This document shows positions 24,560-36,879 of a DNA stretch of 64,000 nt, piece after piece. The stretch is from assembly GCF_009834535.1 (NCBI RefSeq), contig NC_045698.1, positions 8,620,001-8,684,000 of the forward strand, given 5' to 3'. Source of the DNA: Camelus ferus. Its lineage: Eukaryota. Within the stretch, counting starts at the first letter, position 1. Every line of letters starts with the position of its first letter. The notes under the pieces were generated by a model. That model worked only from the letters and a program-made list of their open reading frames with translations. It had not been told where the DNA came from and ran no database searches. The translations under genes were made by a program, and so were the position numbers.

Positions 24560-24595
24560 TCAGGGCAAGGTCCTGACCTTGCCCAACTGCAGCAT
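24560..24595 (-). other. Upstream ORF in the CTNND2 5'UTR: MLQLGKVRTLP*
   Basis: gcggaagATGctgcagttgggcaaggtcaggaccttgcccTGA, with A at -3. Stop lies 61 nt before the main ATG and the uORF is out of frame with it. Assumes the TSS is upstream of 24595. Confidence 0.7.
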
Positions 24596-24754
24596 CTTCC
24601 GCTTTTGTTGTCTGAGCGCGGCCGCGGGACAAGTGATGCCGGCGGGGAGCAGGGGCGAGCGCCGCGGGGGAGAGGCGGCTCCCGACGCGAGTGCGCGGCG
24701 CCCGGCCCGGAGGCCCCGCCGAGCGCAGCGAGCGCAGCGCCCCCTGCCCGGCTT

Positions 24755-24810
24755 CCGCGGGCTCCGCGGGCTCCGCGGGCTCGGGGCTCTTGCGGGCTCC
24801 TGCGGGCTCC
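24755..24810. repeat. GC-rich 9-10 bp tandem repeat (ccgcgggct x3 plus degenerate copies)
   Basis: ccgcgggctccgcgggctccgcgggct...tgcgggctcctgcgggctcc. Confidence 0.8.
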
Positions 24811-24940
24811 GGGGGCCGCCGCCGCCGCGCCCGCCGCTCCGCTCGGCCGGGTGCCGCCGCGGGCGCGAGCCTGGAGCCGCCGCGGCTCCCGGCGCCGAGC
24901 GCTCCCGTGCTGCGCCACGCGCGCGGCCCGCGCCACCTGT

Positions 24941-24964
24941 GCCGCCGCCGCCGCCGCCGCCGCC
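24941..24964. repeat. (GCC)8 / (GGC)8 trinucleotide repeat in promoter/5' region
   Basis: gccgccgccgccgccgccgccgcc read directly. Confidence 0.95.
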
Positions 24965-27900
24965 GAGGGCGAGGCTCCTCCCGCGGCGCGCGGCTGCCTC
25001 AGCCTCCACCTATGCCTCGGCGGCCGGCTCGGGCGCCCGGCTAGTGAGGGAGCGTCCGCCCCGCCGCCCAAACCTGCCCTGGGTGCCGAGCATGCCCAGT
25101 GCCGCCGCCAGAGCGCCGCGCTTCGCCGTGCGCATTCCACTTCTCCTGGTTTTCGCGGCAGCAGCGGCAGCAGCAGGAGAGAGGGGAGGAGGCCGCGGGC
25201 TGGGAGAGGGCCGAGCATCCTGGGGAACGCACACCCCGGCCCTCAGATGGGTGGATGCTCGCGAACCAGGAGAAAGCTGGAAAGGACCGGAGGAAAGCCT
25301 GGAACCCTGGGCTGGACCGGCCCTCAAAGGGCTGGTTCCTTCATTTACTTGCAAGATGCTGGCAGTTTATTGTGGTCGGGCAGATGTCAGCCTGCAAACA
25401 AAGGGCAGGTGTGGAGGGGCTTCTAAGCTAGCGTGTGTGCGCTTTGGGGCAGGCGGCAGGCTAAATGTACCTGCTGCTGGGTACAGGTGGGGCCTCTCAA
25501 ATCCTGTGGTTCTAGAGCAAAGAAGGCAGGACATCCATCTCTGGTCTTCCCAAACTGCGTCTGTCCATTCTCACCGTCACTCCCAGTGCTTAGATTTAAC
25601 GTGCTTTTCGCGGGTGGAGAGACTTTCTCCTTAAATGGAATGCCCCTGGTTTTGTATCTGAAATGTATGTAAACTTCCTGCAAGAAAGACCCTTGTCTAG
25701 TTTGGAACTTGAGCACAACGCTAAGTTCCCCTCCTCCTCCAGCGCCCCCTCTTCTCTTTTCCAACTGCTGCAACTCTGTCACCTTCTCTTCCTCCTCCCC
25801 TTCCTCCTCGTCTTCCTCCTCTCCCAGGCTAAGATGAAAACCCTCACTTGTTCCTTCCCCCATAGTCTTCCTATACCCCCTGCATTGTTCTCGTCATTTT
25901 CAGATGAGTTTTCTGTGTCACCTCCTGGTTTGACAGCTCACTGACTCCATGGGGACCTCTCTATGCCTCCCTTGCTGTGAAATACAGCAGGGAACAGTGA
26001 AAAGTCTTGTTAGAAAACAAGACCCTTGTCTTGTGCCAGAGAAGTCCTCTGGGCCTTCACCCGTGTCCCTCTGTTTGGGAAGTCGTGACGGGTCTCGACC
26101 CTACCGCAATTACAAGCCTTGGGCGGGCAGAGCGGGGCGTGCCCGGGGACCAGGGCAATGCCCTTCCTAATGATGCCACGGCTCACCATCCCTGACCCTG
26201 CAGATCCCAGACTGTCTAAGGTGGTATTTTCCCCACTTCTCCCCTCCCCAGAGCTGGTGTCTGAGACACAGATAAGCATGACAGCGTGAGGAAATTGTAA
26301 TCAGAGGGATTCGAGGGGCTGGTGATTCTCAGTAACCAAGTGCTTCTCTTTTATGTCAGAAGAGATTATCCAACAAAGTTAAATGCCTTGAATATTTATC
26401 CGGGGCTATCCTCTATTATACTTCGGAGGAAGTTAAAATATAATTTGAAGGAAGAGCAAAGGAGGAAAGTTTAGACGGGTTAAACACGTAGAAATAAATG
26501 CAAAAAGCAGCAGATTAAGCAAGGACTTTTCACAACGGTGCAAATGTTCATTATTCATCCTCCTCCGTTGGGGCTGCTCCTGCCGTGATAGGCTTGGTCG
26601 CACCTCGAAGAGTAGTTTGCCAGCCTGGCTCCCAGTTTTGAAGCTGGCTTCTTCTTAAAATACTTCAGATTCCTCTGAAGGAAGACACTTCAGGGCCATT
26701 TTTCAGCAGCTGTGAACTGTATTTTTTCTTTTTTTTTTTTTTTAATTCTCAGAAAGACAGTTCAATTACTGTGGAGTATTTGGTACAAGACGAATTAGCA
26801 GTGCTGTATCCATTAGGCCACATTATATTTTAAAGGATGTTCTCTGTTTTCACTGTAGCTTTGGTTAGATTTTTGAAAAACGATGTTTAACATGTACTCC
26901 TGTTTGCAGCCTTTAACTCAGGAAGTCATGGGCCGCTCATTGGGGGGTTGGGGAGGTGGGAATGCAGACTTTGAGGGTAGGTCGGCTACACTTTGGATTA
27001 ACTTTAAAGCAGGTTAAAATAATATCCACAGCAAATAGATGTGTCTTTTATGCCTATATAAATGTAAGTTAAGAAAATAATTTTCAAAGTTTTTTAGGGT
27101 TATTTTTGAGAAAAGCCATAGCAAACCCTACTGATTAACTATATGCCTTGGAAAGACCCCCCGCAGGCAGTCCCCTATAGACGTCTTTAGAGGGAAGATG
27201 ATTTCTGTTCTTGTAAAATAACTTATAACTTAGGATATTATTAAAAGCAAAATTTGATAATGTTGAAGAATAAAATAAAATGATCATGGGTGGTGTTAGA
27301 TCTTGGAACGACTCACTGCTGCCATCTTTTGCCTCCTGCTTCTGATAGTTCCTATAAAAAGGCATATTGTGAATTCCCTAGGTCACTAGAAGACCAGAAA
27401 ATTGATGACTTATTATTTTCAAATTATACTACTCAATGCTAAAAGAGAAATCATTATTTTCTTCTGTTTGTATACCCAAAGAGTCATGTGATACAGAAAT
27501 CACACCTAAATACTATGTGTTCTACCTCTTGACTTTTCAGATCACTTTTCCAAAGTTGAAGAAAATGTATTTTTATGGGAATTTTACTAATTTTTTTCTA
27601 GGAATAAGACCTAATAGTTAAAATATTTTTATCAATTAATGCATCATATTTTATAGTTCAAAATATGCCAATTTTAGAAGAGTGACACCCTTGTTTGATT
27701 TGAAGCAATTTAAATATAGCATTGTATCTTACCATTCAGGTTCAAGTAGAAGATAATATTACTGTAATTTTTAAAGTGAATTACCCATGCATAAACAAAT
27801 GGAAATTTCTCAAATTGGAAAATTAAACAATTGAGTGATTGTTGTTGCTGTCTGGCACTTAATCAGGGAAAGTAATGACAGTTCTTTAAAATGTACAATT

Positions 27901-28174
27901 TAAATTTTAAGTCAAATTCTCTAGAATAGGAATATAATTATGTATATATTTATATTTATATATTTAATAGATAGATACATATTTAAACACTGTTACCAGT
28001 CATAAAAATACGCTGGAAAATACTACTCTGTTTTTAAAGATGTTTAAAGTAATTTACCTAATTTGAATTAACCATTATAATTAAGATCAGTGTGCGGGTC
28101 ATTTCACTATTTGATTTGAAACTTCACACTTTCACACAAACCACCTTTTACTACTGCCATGACTCATGATGGTA

Positions 28175-28325
28175 TCATTCATTCATTCATTCATTCACCA
28201 GCGAATGTTATTGGGTATCTGCTGTGGTTCAGACACTGGACAAAATTTGGTGAATCAATAGCACACAATAGACAAGAAAACAAAATCCCTGTCCTCATGG
28301 AATTTAATCCTAAATTGGGGCTATT
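28175..28325 (-). mobile_element. L2 3' end
   Basis: (ttca)n tail followed by ...acaaaatccctgtcctcatggaattta. Confidence 0.7.
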
Positions 28326-29150
28326 AGGCAATAGAAGAAAGAAAAACATGCTGAGGAAGTAACCACACTCTAATATCCTTATTTCTTTCTAATTGTCACT
28401 ATGCTTGTGGTGTTGATTCTTTTATTCAACGCCTTTCCTTCCACATTTTCTCATTGTTTTTGCCTCTTCCGGGGGTTTTGTTTTTCATGCCCGAACATGG
28501 GTAACATGGAGAGGAAACAGTATCGAAAGTACTGAAGCAAAGCAAGGAAAGGGGTACAGAGAGTGTGCTCAATAAAATGGCTGCGGTTCTCCAAGGCACA
28601 GTGGACCCAGGAGTGGACTCAAGGAAGGAATCAGAGCAGTGAGGTGTCTAGTGAAGGCTCCTACATGTGTCAGAAGTCACAACCTTTTAGGCTTGAATGT
28701 CTAAATCCAATGTAGGCTAGTCAAGGCATCGAGGATGTCAGGCATTATTGGTCAGAAGTGGACAGTGGGTCAAAAGCCTAGGTCAACAGGCATGGGTGAA
28801 TTGCATATACAGAAAGAAGACATCAAGTTATGGAATATGAAGCTGGGTACAGAATCTTAATAACAGATATTGGCAGCAAGGAGAAATAAGTGTTACGCTA
28901 TGATTTATCAACAATGCTTATAGATTTGATGGGCTTCTAGAGGATGAAGGAATTGACTCCCCAGATTGGCTGGCTTGACACCTATGGACAAGAATGAGAA
29001 GGAGCAACCTATAAAATAAGATCCAAAGGGTGGAACAGGGAAGCTCTCATCAAGTTTCATCCAGGCTTTTGTGATAAATTTTAAGGCAGAGTTGATTGAG
29101 TATAAAAATTTCATCAACAAAATTGCAGGTTTTATACCAAGAATCTAGGT

Positions 29151-29887
29151 CAATGGTTCTTACTGGAAGAATTACCGCCTCCCCAGGAGGTATTTTAGAA
29201 ATGTGTAAGAGGGTATTTTCTTATTGTTACTAGTTTTTAGCGGTCACAAGTCACACATCTTAAACATTATGTGATATATGTGACCATCCCACAGGAGGAA
29301 GAGTAGCCTGTATCCTTCACGACTTTTCATCTGTGGTTGTTGAGAACCTGTTCTCACCTTTCTAAGCCTACCACATTTCTCCATATTATACAGAAGCAAG
29401 AAGCACTTTTGCATGGCTTTAAGATGCATTGAATTTTGCAAGAATGCTACTAAGATATAAATGATGAAAATAGTTCACATTGTTTTGTTCAGAAATTGAC
29501 CAACGTCTGTTCATAAGATTAAGAACAGCATCACCGGTAGTATATATCTCATCAAAAGAAGGCTCCTGGACCAGTCTATTTTTATAGCCATCATCATTAC
29601 AGTGATGCTACACGGACAGGTACCTGAGTGTCCGATTAGCTCTTCTAGCCTAGTTGTAACCAAGCATCTACATAAAGGAAACAGTAATATTTTATTTTGA
29701 ATAACTTTCCTTTTGTTTCTTCTTTATATGAGACTACTGTGTATGTCCTTAAAAATCAATTAGTATCTGTGAATTTCTTTTCAAAATAGCAACGTAACCA
29801 TTACACAATATTTATTAACAATATGTTAAAATTTGTAAACATTTGTTAAAAATAGGGCATTGGATTTCATAGGTTTGAGAATGAAAT
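29151..29887 (+). mobile_element. MER20B hAT-Charlie element, near full length
   Basis: caatggttct...accgcctccccaggaggtattttagaaat...ttgcatggctttaagatgcattgaattttgcaagaatgc...gggcattggatttcataggtttgagaa follows the MER20B consensus end to end. Confidence 0.8.
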
Positions 29888-30294
29888 ATCAAAATGATTC
29901 ACTTAAGAAAACCAACAGCATGTATTAGGATCATGTATACTGCAGCCCCAGGAAGGGAAGCTGGGTTTGTTAGCAAGTTTGGACCCCACCAACGTGTTAA
30001 TTATTATTATATGATTTTTATCATATAAACTAATAATAATTACTGACTAATCACATACACAGGTCTCAAAAGTGGCCTGCATGCATAGGAAGAATCTACA
30101 AATTAATCCTGATCTCTCTTTAGTCTTACAGCCTCAGATTCAGCTTTTTTCCTTGATCCTGAATATTTGTCCACATCCCCATTTACTGTGTTGTCTTGTT
30201 TTAGAACTTTGATTTGGCCTTTCAGATTTATCTATCCTCTACTTTCTCAATTCACTCCTCTAATTAAACGAAAATAGTCTAATTCAGTCTAAAT

Positions 30295-30780
30295 CACTGC
30301 TGGTGGCTTTCCCAGTGTCTACCCTCCCCATCTTCCTTTTGCATAGGACCCAGATTTTGTTTGGAGCGACACGTGACCACCTATAAAATAACGCTTCTCA
30401 GTTTCGATTGCTGCTGCGTGTAATCTGGCAGGGAGACGAACAGGAGAGTCTGAGGGAGCGTTCAGAGAGCAGTGTGCTTCTGTGGAAAGGGAACCTCCCC
30501 GATTCTGCCTCTTCTTCCTTCTTCCTAAAGTTTGTCATGCAGACTGCAGGCTGGATTTGGACCTGCCACACTGCATCTAGGAATTGTCCTTGACAGTGAG
30601 AGTCAGAGACCAAAGGTGGTAGAGCCTAAGATGGAAGGATACTGAAAGTTTCCTGAAGCTGCTGTACCAGCATGCGCTTGTGCCCCTGGGCTTCCAATTA
30701 TGGGAGAGAAATTAACCTTTCTTTCCTTAAGCCATGGTGATTGGTTTCTGTCATGCATAGCCAAATGCAGTCTCCTATGT
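30295..30780 (+). mobile_element. MaLR LTR (MLT1J-like)
   Basis: ccccatcttccttttgcataggacccagattttgtt...gagagaaattaacc...ttaagccatggtgattggtttctgtcatgcatagccaaatgcag. Confidence 0.65.
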
Positions 30781-32229
30781 ATATGTTCTGTAATCTCTGC
30801 CCTCTGCTCACTACAGCTGTTATCACTCTAAGTATTTCCCTTGCAATATATTTTCTATGAAATTAAAAAATTTTTTGATGAAATGAGTACATGAATATGG
30901 TCTGAAATTGTATGTTTAGAAGCTAAGTCAATGAATGACATGAGATTTTTTGTCACTGACCAATGAATGAAGCCATATTCAAAGTTTTGCACAATGAGTC
31001 CACTCTACATAACCCAGTGATTTTTACACTATCTCCCAAAAGGAGTAACTCATTTTTCATTCCTGGGTCTCCTTAATGGTTGTCACCATTCCAGTGTTAC
31101 TCTCCAGGTTGTGTAGAGTGCACATTCTGAAATCAACGTACTCACTAAAATCTTTGACAGTCCCATTTTACTACCTATAAAATAAGCAGAATCTTGCTTC
31201 TTAGAATATGGTAAGAATTACATTAATGAACCAGTCCATGGTAAACAAATGGCACTATGCCTGGTACATAGTAAGCAACTAGTAAATTATGGCTAATATT
31301 AGTGATGACATTAAAATGCCCTTTTACTCGCTGCTGTTTTAACTGCTGTACCAGAGCACACTTATTATCTGATTGCACATCTTATTCACTCATCAAGACA
31401 CAGAGGCGATACCACCTTGTCAATGAATGCTTTTCACAAATTCATTTTTCCTAATAAGCATTAACTGCATTTCTTCCACATGCAGAGAATTACATCCTGC
31501 AGATTAATGATGAGAGCTTACAGCGATCTTCATTTTGTAAACTGGCTGGTTTACTGCTTTCACAGAATTTTCAGGAATCCACAAATGCATAATGCTCAGA
31601 CCAGAGTCAAGTATCTTTCCCATTTATTATATTTCATGATAGTATATATATCATATGCTCTAATTGGCTCTTCCATACAATTTATCACTTTAGTGTATCT
31701 GTTAATAATAATGTTATCAAATAGTTCCCGTATTCTCTAAGATTTTATCTGTGTACATGGAAGTACATGGCTGGTTATATGTTGTATTTTTTGTAGTCTT
31801 AACCACCATCCTTGCAGAATTGCTGGGGATGATTTTGCCAAATAATTGAACATGAAGTTTGTGTAAAATTTAGCTTATTCTGAAGGTAACAAATTCTCAT
31901 CATAAATAAATTAGAAAATTTTTTAAATTATGAGAAAGGAAAAAATCATTATCTCATGACCCAGAACTAAGGCAGTTCGGTTTAATTATTGTCCACAAAG
32001 TTATATCTTCTTATTCAGTCAAAATTAAATTCCTGTACTTTTCCCATTTCATTTTGTATGGCTGCACTTTCCTGTTATAAGGTTTGATCATTCTTTATAT
32101 AGCCAATTGTCTGGTTTATACATTTTGGCTGTTATTACATGATTTCTCCCATGATAATAAAGTTTCACCTAAGACTGTTTTCTTAAACTGTTGGAAATGA
32201 TAAACATCCCAACTGAAAGAGAGACCAAA

Positions 32230-33420
32230 CTTCAATTTCTGGATAAGGTAGAATCACTTGTGGTAGTACCGTGCTTCTACTGAAAATAATTATAATTCTT
32301 GAATAAAAACCAAAAACTATTTCTCTAAAGCATCAGAAATCTGCTGAAGCAAAATGACCAGATGATCCAAGATTTCAGGCAGGAGAGGATGTGGAGGGTG
32401 GAATGGATGCTGTGTTTGCTTCTTGCCTGAAACTTTTGCCAATTCTGGATGCAGTGAAAGAGGCTGAGCTTTGAGTCTTTTCCGGGGCAGAGGGCCTCTG
32501 TTTGAGACACAGATGCAAACAGAGGTTTTGCTGGTCTCATAGGGCTTCAAATTAAAATTAATAAAGATTCCAGTGAGAAGGGGGAACAAAGTACTGAGGC
32601 TGAAACATGACTGATTTTCCCTTCAAAACTTTTGCTAATTTCTGAAACTGCATAGGGCCAAAAAGCAAAAAAAAAAAAAAAGCCTCTGAAAATTGGAATG
32701 TAAATTTCACAGTCTTGCTGTGTAGAAAAGAAAAGATTTACATTCAAGGCCTTCCTGAGACAGTGGCCTTGGGAAACTCAAGTTCTCAGTTAAAATCCCT
32801 AGAGGTTTGCTTTCTGAGATCTGAGAATAACAGAGGTAGGTGGACACTTACCAATATTCTGACCCCACTCAATTCAGCAAAGTCCCTGATTAGATTAGAG
32901 GCGGCCAGTTCATCTATCTGACTAACAGAGAAAAGAATGAACTTTCAAGCAAAATTTCACAATTTTTATTATACAATGTCCAGCATTCCTAAAATTTATT
33001 ATACAAGACAGGAGTAAATGATCACTAACAAATTAACAAATATATAATAGAAATATAACCATAGGTGACTCAGATATTGGCATTAGCAGGCAAAATATTT
33101 AAAAGAATAATGATCAATATGTTCAAGAAAATATAGGAATGTAGGAAAAAATGGAGAAAAAAATGGAAAGATGGATAAATTCACTGAGAATTGGAATCCA
33201 TGAGAAAGAATCCAATGGGAATTCTAAAACTTAAAAATAAAATAACTGACATTCATTTTAATAATAAATTTTATTTAACCCATTATATACAAAATATTAT
33301 TATCAAATGCACATGTAACATTTGACAAAATCAACCATATGCAAGTCACAAGTTTGAAATATTTGGAACCATCCAGAGTATATTCTCAGACAAGAGAGAC
33401 ATTAAGTCAGAAATCAGTAA
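32230..33420 (+). mobile_element. Ancient L1M 5'/ORF1 and ORF2 remnants
   Basis: A-rich; gactcagatattggcattagcaggcaaaatatttaaaagaataatgatcaatatgttcaag...aatccaatgggaattctaaaact is ORF1-like; cagagtatattctcagac...aagtcagaaatcagtaa is ORF2-like. Confidence 0.6.
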
Positions 33421-33528
33421 CTGTTGTGGTGATCATTTCATAATGTATACAAATATCAAATCACTATATTGTACAGGTGAAACTAATATAACATTGTACG
33501 TTAATTTTAATTCTACTTAAAAAAGAAA
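33421..33528 (+). mobile_element. L1MA-type 3' end
   Basis: tgtggtgatcatttcataatgtatacaaatatcaaatcactatattgtac...gaaactaatataacattgtacgttaatt. Confidence 0.75.
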
Positions 33529-34215
33529 TAGAAGGGAGACCTTTCTCCCTGGTAGGAACTTTATACTCCTTCAAAATCAATTTGCTTAAGAAAGTTATAT
33601 TCACATAAACGATAAACAGCATATGTGTGTCATAACCTGTGAGATGCAACCAGAACATCTTTATAGCATCTCTAAAACCTATTATGTCATGTACAAAATG
33701 TATGCACTGCAGCAAGTTGTAGGTGTTTGACAGCAGCCAACGTGAGGCTGATATCCTTGAAAGAGAGGAGGCAGGCGAAGGATGCCCGGCTTCTATGCAC
33801 GTTGTCTTCCTGGAAAAATTTTCTGGAGTGTGATGCATTTATATAGAATGCGAGCCAGAGCAGTGGTTTCACTAGACAGAGAATGGAGAGATTAGAGTGG
33901 GGCAGGGGGGTCACTGCAGAGGCTGTGATTTAGGAGAGAATGTACTGCAAAAGTGGGAACCATGGAGAGGAAAATCCAGAAGTTTCCATAGGGATCCCTC
34001 TTGGGTGTCTTGATCAAATCTTGGACTCATAACAGTAGAACAAGACTCCTAGAGGCCAGGCGGGGAGCAACCACTGGGGGCAGCAAGCCAAGCAAGGAGG
34101 CTGGCAGTTGTTCTGTATTCTGGAGACTCGGACAGTCAGGCCCAGCGAGAGTGGAAAATCTTTATGAGCAAGTCAAAGATTGAGCTGAGGTATTAGAAAG
34201 GCCATCTGATAAGAG

Positions 34216-34598
34216 TGTTTGGACTGAATTCTGTTCCTCCAAAATTCATATGTTGAAACTCTAACCCCTGCTGTGGCTGTATGCAAAGATATGACCTTTA
34301 AAGAAGTAATTAACGTTAAATGAGTTTATAGGGATTGGGCTGTAATCCAATAGGTCTGGTGTCCTTATAAGCAGAGAAAGAGAGACTAGAGGTGTGTCCA
34401 CACAGAGAAGAGGCCACGTGAGGATGTAACGAGAAGGTGGCCATCTGCAAGCCAAGGAGAGGGATCTCAGAGAAACCCATCCTGCGGACACCTCGATCTT
34501 GGACTTCCAGCTTTCAGAACTGCGAGAAAATTAATTTCTGTTGTCTAAGTCACCCAATCTGTGAGATTTTGTTTTGGCCACACTAGCAAACTAGTATA
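34216..34598 (+). mobile_element. MaLR solo LTR (MLT1B-like)
   Basis: tgtttggactgaattctgttcctccaaaattcatatgttgaa...ggccatctgcaagccaaggagag...ctagcaaactagtata; flanks aagag/aaaag (5-bp TSD, 1 mismatch). Confidence 0.88.
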
Positions 34599-35029
34599 AA
34601 AAGTAAGGCTGTCTACACTTCAGGATTGAGGGCTACAATCTAGCAGTATGGGGAAAAAAGAACTGTAAGAGACCTCCTTGAAGAAAGCCTAAAACCAGTG
34701 CCTAACACTAAAATATTCCTTTGGTGTTTACTGCCTGCCAACATAAACGCAGTACTTTCTGAGGAAAAATAATGTAAACCAGTGCCTCTTCAAGATAGTC
34801 TTTGAAATTTTCAGACTATAATGAAAATATATTAGATATGGAAAGAAAAAGGGAAAATAAAGAAGGGAAAGAACTCATTATAACAAATCTGTTGAAAACG
34901 AATAAAATGTAAAAACACTAACTGCAGTTAGAAAAAAAAAAACAATGCATTCATATAGGAAACTAACCATTGGGGAAAACCATAGATTTCTCAAAAGAGG
35001 TTTGGAAACAGAAAATAATGGAACAAAAT

Positions 35030-35955
35030 CTTTTTAAAAACAGGAAGAAAAGAATATCAACCCAGAATTTGAAATTCATTGCAAATATTCTTCAGGCTTG
35101 ATGGCAAAATAAAGGCATCCTCAAATAAAAGGAAACAAATAAAATTTGTTGCTAGCAGTCTTGCTGTAATAGAAAGGCTAAAGAAAATTCTTCAGGCTGT
35201 TAGGAAATGATCCCAGAGGAAAATCTTGCACTTTAGGCAGTAAGGAAAAGCAGCAGAAATAGTGGAAGAAATGGTAATGTCTCGGTAAATATAAAAGACT
35301 ATTCTCTTAAGTTTGGTTAGATACATATGACTATTCAAAACAAAAATTTTAACGTTTTCTGATGTGTCTTTTGATTTTACATAAATGGAACACATTTAGC
35401 AACTATAACATTAATGTCAGGTGGCAGTAAGGTAAAAAGATTTACTTTTACAGTTGCAAGGCTTCTATGAGTGTATGAAAGTGATGCTTTATTTCCTCTT
35501 GCAACCAATAATAAAAATGATATAAGGAGATATATCTAGGAAAATAGTAGACATATTAAAATACAATATTAAAAATATTCAAGTAAGCAAAGCAAGATAG
35601 GCAAAGGGAAACAATGGAACCAAAAAAGAAGAAACAAGTAGAAAAAGAAAAAAAAATGGTATATCTAAATTCAGCCATATTAATAATTATGTTAAATGTT
35701 AATGGTTCAAACACTCCATTTAAAAGGCAGAGATTGACAGTGAGTAACAAGGAAGCTCCTACTGTCTGATGCCCACTAGAGGCTAAATACAAAGGCAGCA
35801 ATATATTGAAAGTAAAGGATGAAAAAAAAACATCTACCACATAGTAGGAAGCAAAAGAATGCTAGAGTGTCTATATTTATATCAGATAAAATAAACTTTA
35901 AGGCAAAGAAGATTTACTGAGATAAAGAGAAACATTCATAAAGATAAAAAAGATT
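35030..35955 (+). mobile_element. Ancient L1M ORF1 end / ORF2 endonuclease start
   Basis: tcaacccagaattt...; taataattatgttaaatgttaatggttcaaacactccatttaaaaggcagagattg and atatcagataaaataaactttaaggcaaag match the L1 ORF2 N-terminus. Confidence 0.75.
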
Positions 35956-36879
35956 AGGATTAAGTGAGTGATACGCCTTTCTTTTGTATGATTGGCAAAG
36001 AGGGAAATTTGGAAAAGGGAGTAGGAAAGAAAGTTTTCCTTTATACAACAATCATACTGTGGGGTTATAAACATGTTTAAAGAACAGATAGAAATTGATT
36101 GACTTCCTTAAACTGAATGGTGCCCTAGGAAAATCAGTGTGTACCACTAGAAGTAAAAGTACCTGGATGTAATCTTAGCACTATTGATTGTGCACGTGGT
36201 TATGGAATATTTCTAATACCCACATATAGCTATGTAAAATACATAAAAATATGAAAATGTAATCATTGAAATGAATTTAGTAATAATAGAGATAACAATT
36301 AAACCAGCTTTACAGTGCCAACATACCCCTATGAAATTTACCAAGTGTTCTTCACTGATAATATTCAGTGTTGGTTAGAATGGAGAAAGGCTAATAAAAT
36401 GCACACTGCCGTAACGGTTTTAGTGGTTATTTTGCAATATGTGACAAGATTCTGAAAAACATTTCAGGCTTAGTCTGTGTCATGTGAAATGTTTTAGAAT
36501 AACATATTTTCTTTTTATAAAGCAGAGTACGGTAAACAGTGAAACCTCTCTGTGACTCCTGAGAGCAATCATTTAAATGTTAATGCAGTAAGATACCATG
36601 ATAGTCTCAAGTGTCATTGTGCCTCCTGCCCCAGCTAAATGATCCTGAACAGTTAGCCATAACCAAGCAAGAACTTATCTATATAGGTTACTTGAGTTCA
36701 TCTTTCATGCTACACACACACACACAGACACACTCACGCAAGCATGCAAAATCAAGATACCTACCTCCTATTGCCACAGAGTCCCTACACTAGTAGAGAT
36801 CAGGAGTCTTCCTTAAGACTTTTCTTTCTTTTACAGGACATAGAATAAAACATTGTGCAAAACCCTTCCAGACAAAAAA

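Larger units (their letters stand above)
23740..25450. promoter_or_regulatory. CTNND2: CpG island / CTNND2 promoter, exon 1 and start of intron 1
   Basis: Very GC- and CpG-dense against an AT-rich, CpG-depleted background. GC boxes (CCGCCC 25056-25061, 25064-25069), GCGC-rich NRF1-like motifs, no obvious minus-strand TATA. Exact TSS cannot be read from sequence. Confidence 0.93.

Noticed and set aside
25070..25097. p53 response element
   Set aside because: One perfect half-site (GAGCATGCCC), but the partner has a core mismatch and an 8-bp spacer.
23990..25634. Many long overlapping ORFs (364, 311, 231, 162, 149 aa) on both strands
   Set aside because: Expected from stop-codon scarcity in a CpG island; low-complexity Ala/Arg/Pro/Gly with no recognisable domain.
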